From positions 1 through 35,711 of the forward strand of contig CAZHCL010000010.1 of NCBI GenBank assembly GCA_964530955.1: DNA of 35,711 nucleotides. The letters are read 5' to 3'. The position numbers were made by a program, and so were the translations under genes. This DNA comes from Candidatus Woesearchaeota archaeon. GTDB taxonomy: Archaea > Nanobdellota > Nanobdellia > Pacearchaeales > GW2011-AR1. This document shows, in pieces, positions 35,353-35,711 of the stretch. Under the pieces are notes generated by a model that was given only the letters and a program-made list of their open reading frames with translations, did not search any database and was not told the origin of the DNA. The stretch's first letter is position 1. Each line of letters begins with the position of its first letter.

Positions 35353-35711
35353 TGATATACGAGCCTGCTGAAGATTCATTTCTTCTTGCTTCGGTAGTTA
35401 AGAAATTTTCTAAAGATAAGTACGTTCTCGATATGGGAAGCGGTTCTGGTGTCATAGCTCTTGCTGCTAAGGAAAACGGAGCTAGAGATGTTCTTGCAGC
35501 AGATATTAATGAGGAAGCAGTCAAACATATTCAAGATAAGGGAGTTAATGCTATTCAGTCAAATCTTTTTGAGAAAATAAAAGGAAAATTTGATGTTATC
35601 GCATTCAATCCTCCATATTTGCCTAGGGATGAAAATGAGGACAAAGAATCTTCTTTGATAACTAGCGCGGGGAAGGAACCTGAGGAAATTATTCTCCGTT
35701 TTTTGAAGAAA
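35352..35711 (+). CDS. HemK/N6AMT1-related protein methyltransferase (partial, runs off the window end)
   Basis: MIYEPAEDSFLL, VLDMGSGSG, AADIN, SNLF and FNPPY; TAATG overlap with the previous gene. Confidence 0.9.
   Translation, partial: MIYEPAEDSFLLASVVKKFSKDKYVLDMGSGSGVIALAAKENGARDVLAADINEEAVKHIQDKGVNAIQSNLFEKIKGKFDVIAFNPPYLPRDENEDKESSLITSAGKEPEEIILRFLKK

Noticed and set aside
623-35524. Many short ORFs in the track antisense to or nested in long genes (e.g. 9370-9867, 10546-11007, 28517-28966, 30311-30727, 5636-5974)
   Set aside because: They are shadow ORFs overlapping well-supported genes and carry no motifs.
1-35711. tRNA, rRNA or CRISPR arrays
   Set aside because: I saw no T-arm/D-arm signatures, long GC-rich structural RNA or regularly spaced repeat-spacer units. 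The three short GC islands do not fold as tRNA.

Overview
AT-rich archaeal chromosome fragment. The gene set and style point to a DPANN lineage, probably Pacearchaeota-like (inference). Most of the window is compact housekeeping content: cdc48, map, a NOP2/RsmB methyltransferase, family-B DNA polymerase, FEN1, a Trm5/Taw2-like enzyme, an intein-containing HerA-like ATPase, DsbA, a single-OB SSB, SOD, RFC large and small subunits, eL41 (missed by the ORF track), an RbgA-like GTPase, DisA, RNase J and a partial HemK. The standout is a ~4.4 kb accessory block (about 1.4-5.8 kb). It encodes an initiator-like AAA+/winged-helix protein, a structured GC-rich RNA-like segment, an unannotated ribbon-helix-helix regulator, an IS5/IS4-like DDE transposase and a ScaI-type restriction-modification pair. 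The block is bounded by arrays of a TTRTRGAY box, a shared GTGGCTACCGA core in direct repeat and a perfect 15-bp inverted repeat, which resembles the attL/attR or split origin of an integrated selfish element. Other points of interest are a cluster of divergent paralogous membrane proteins, an identical C-terminal QKTLF clamp-binding-like motif on PolB and FEN1, and a DisA with an RHK motif. All calls come from motif recognition by eye; no database searches were run.
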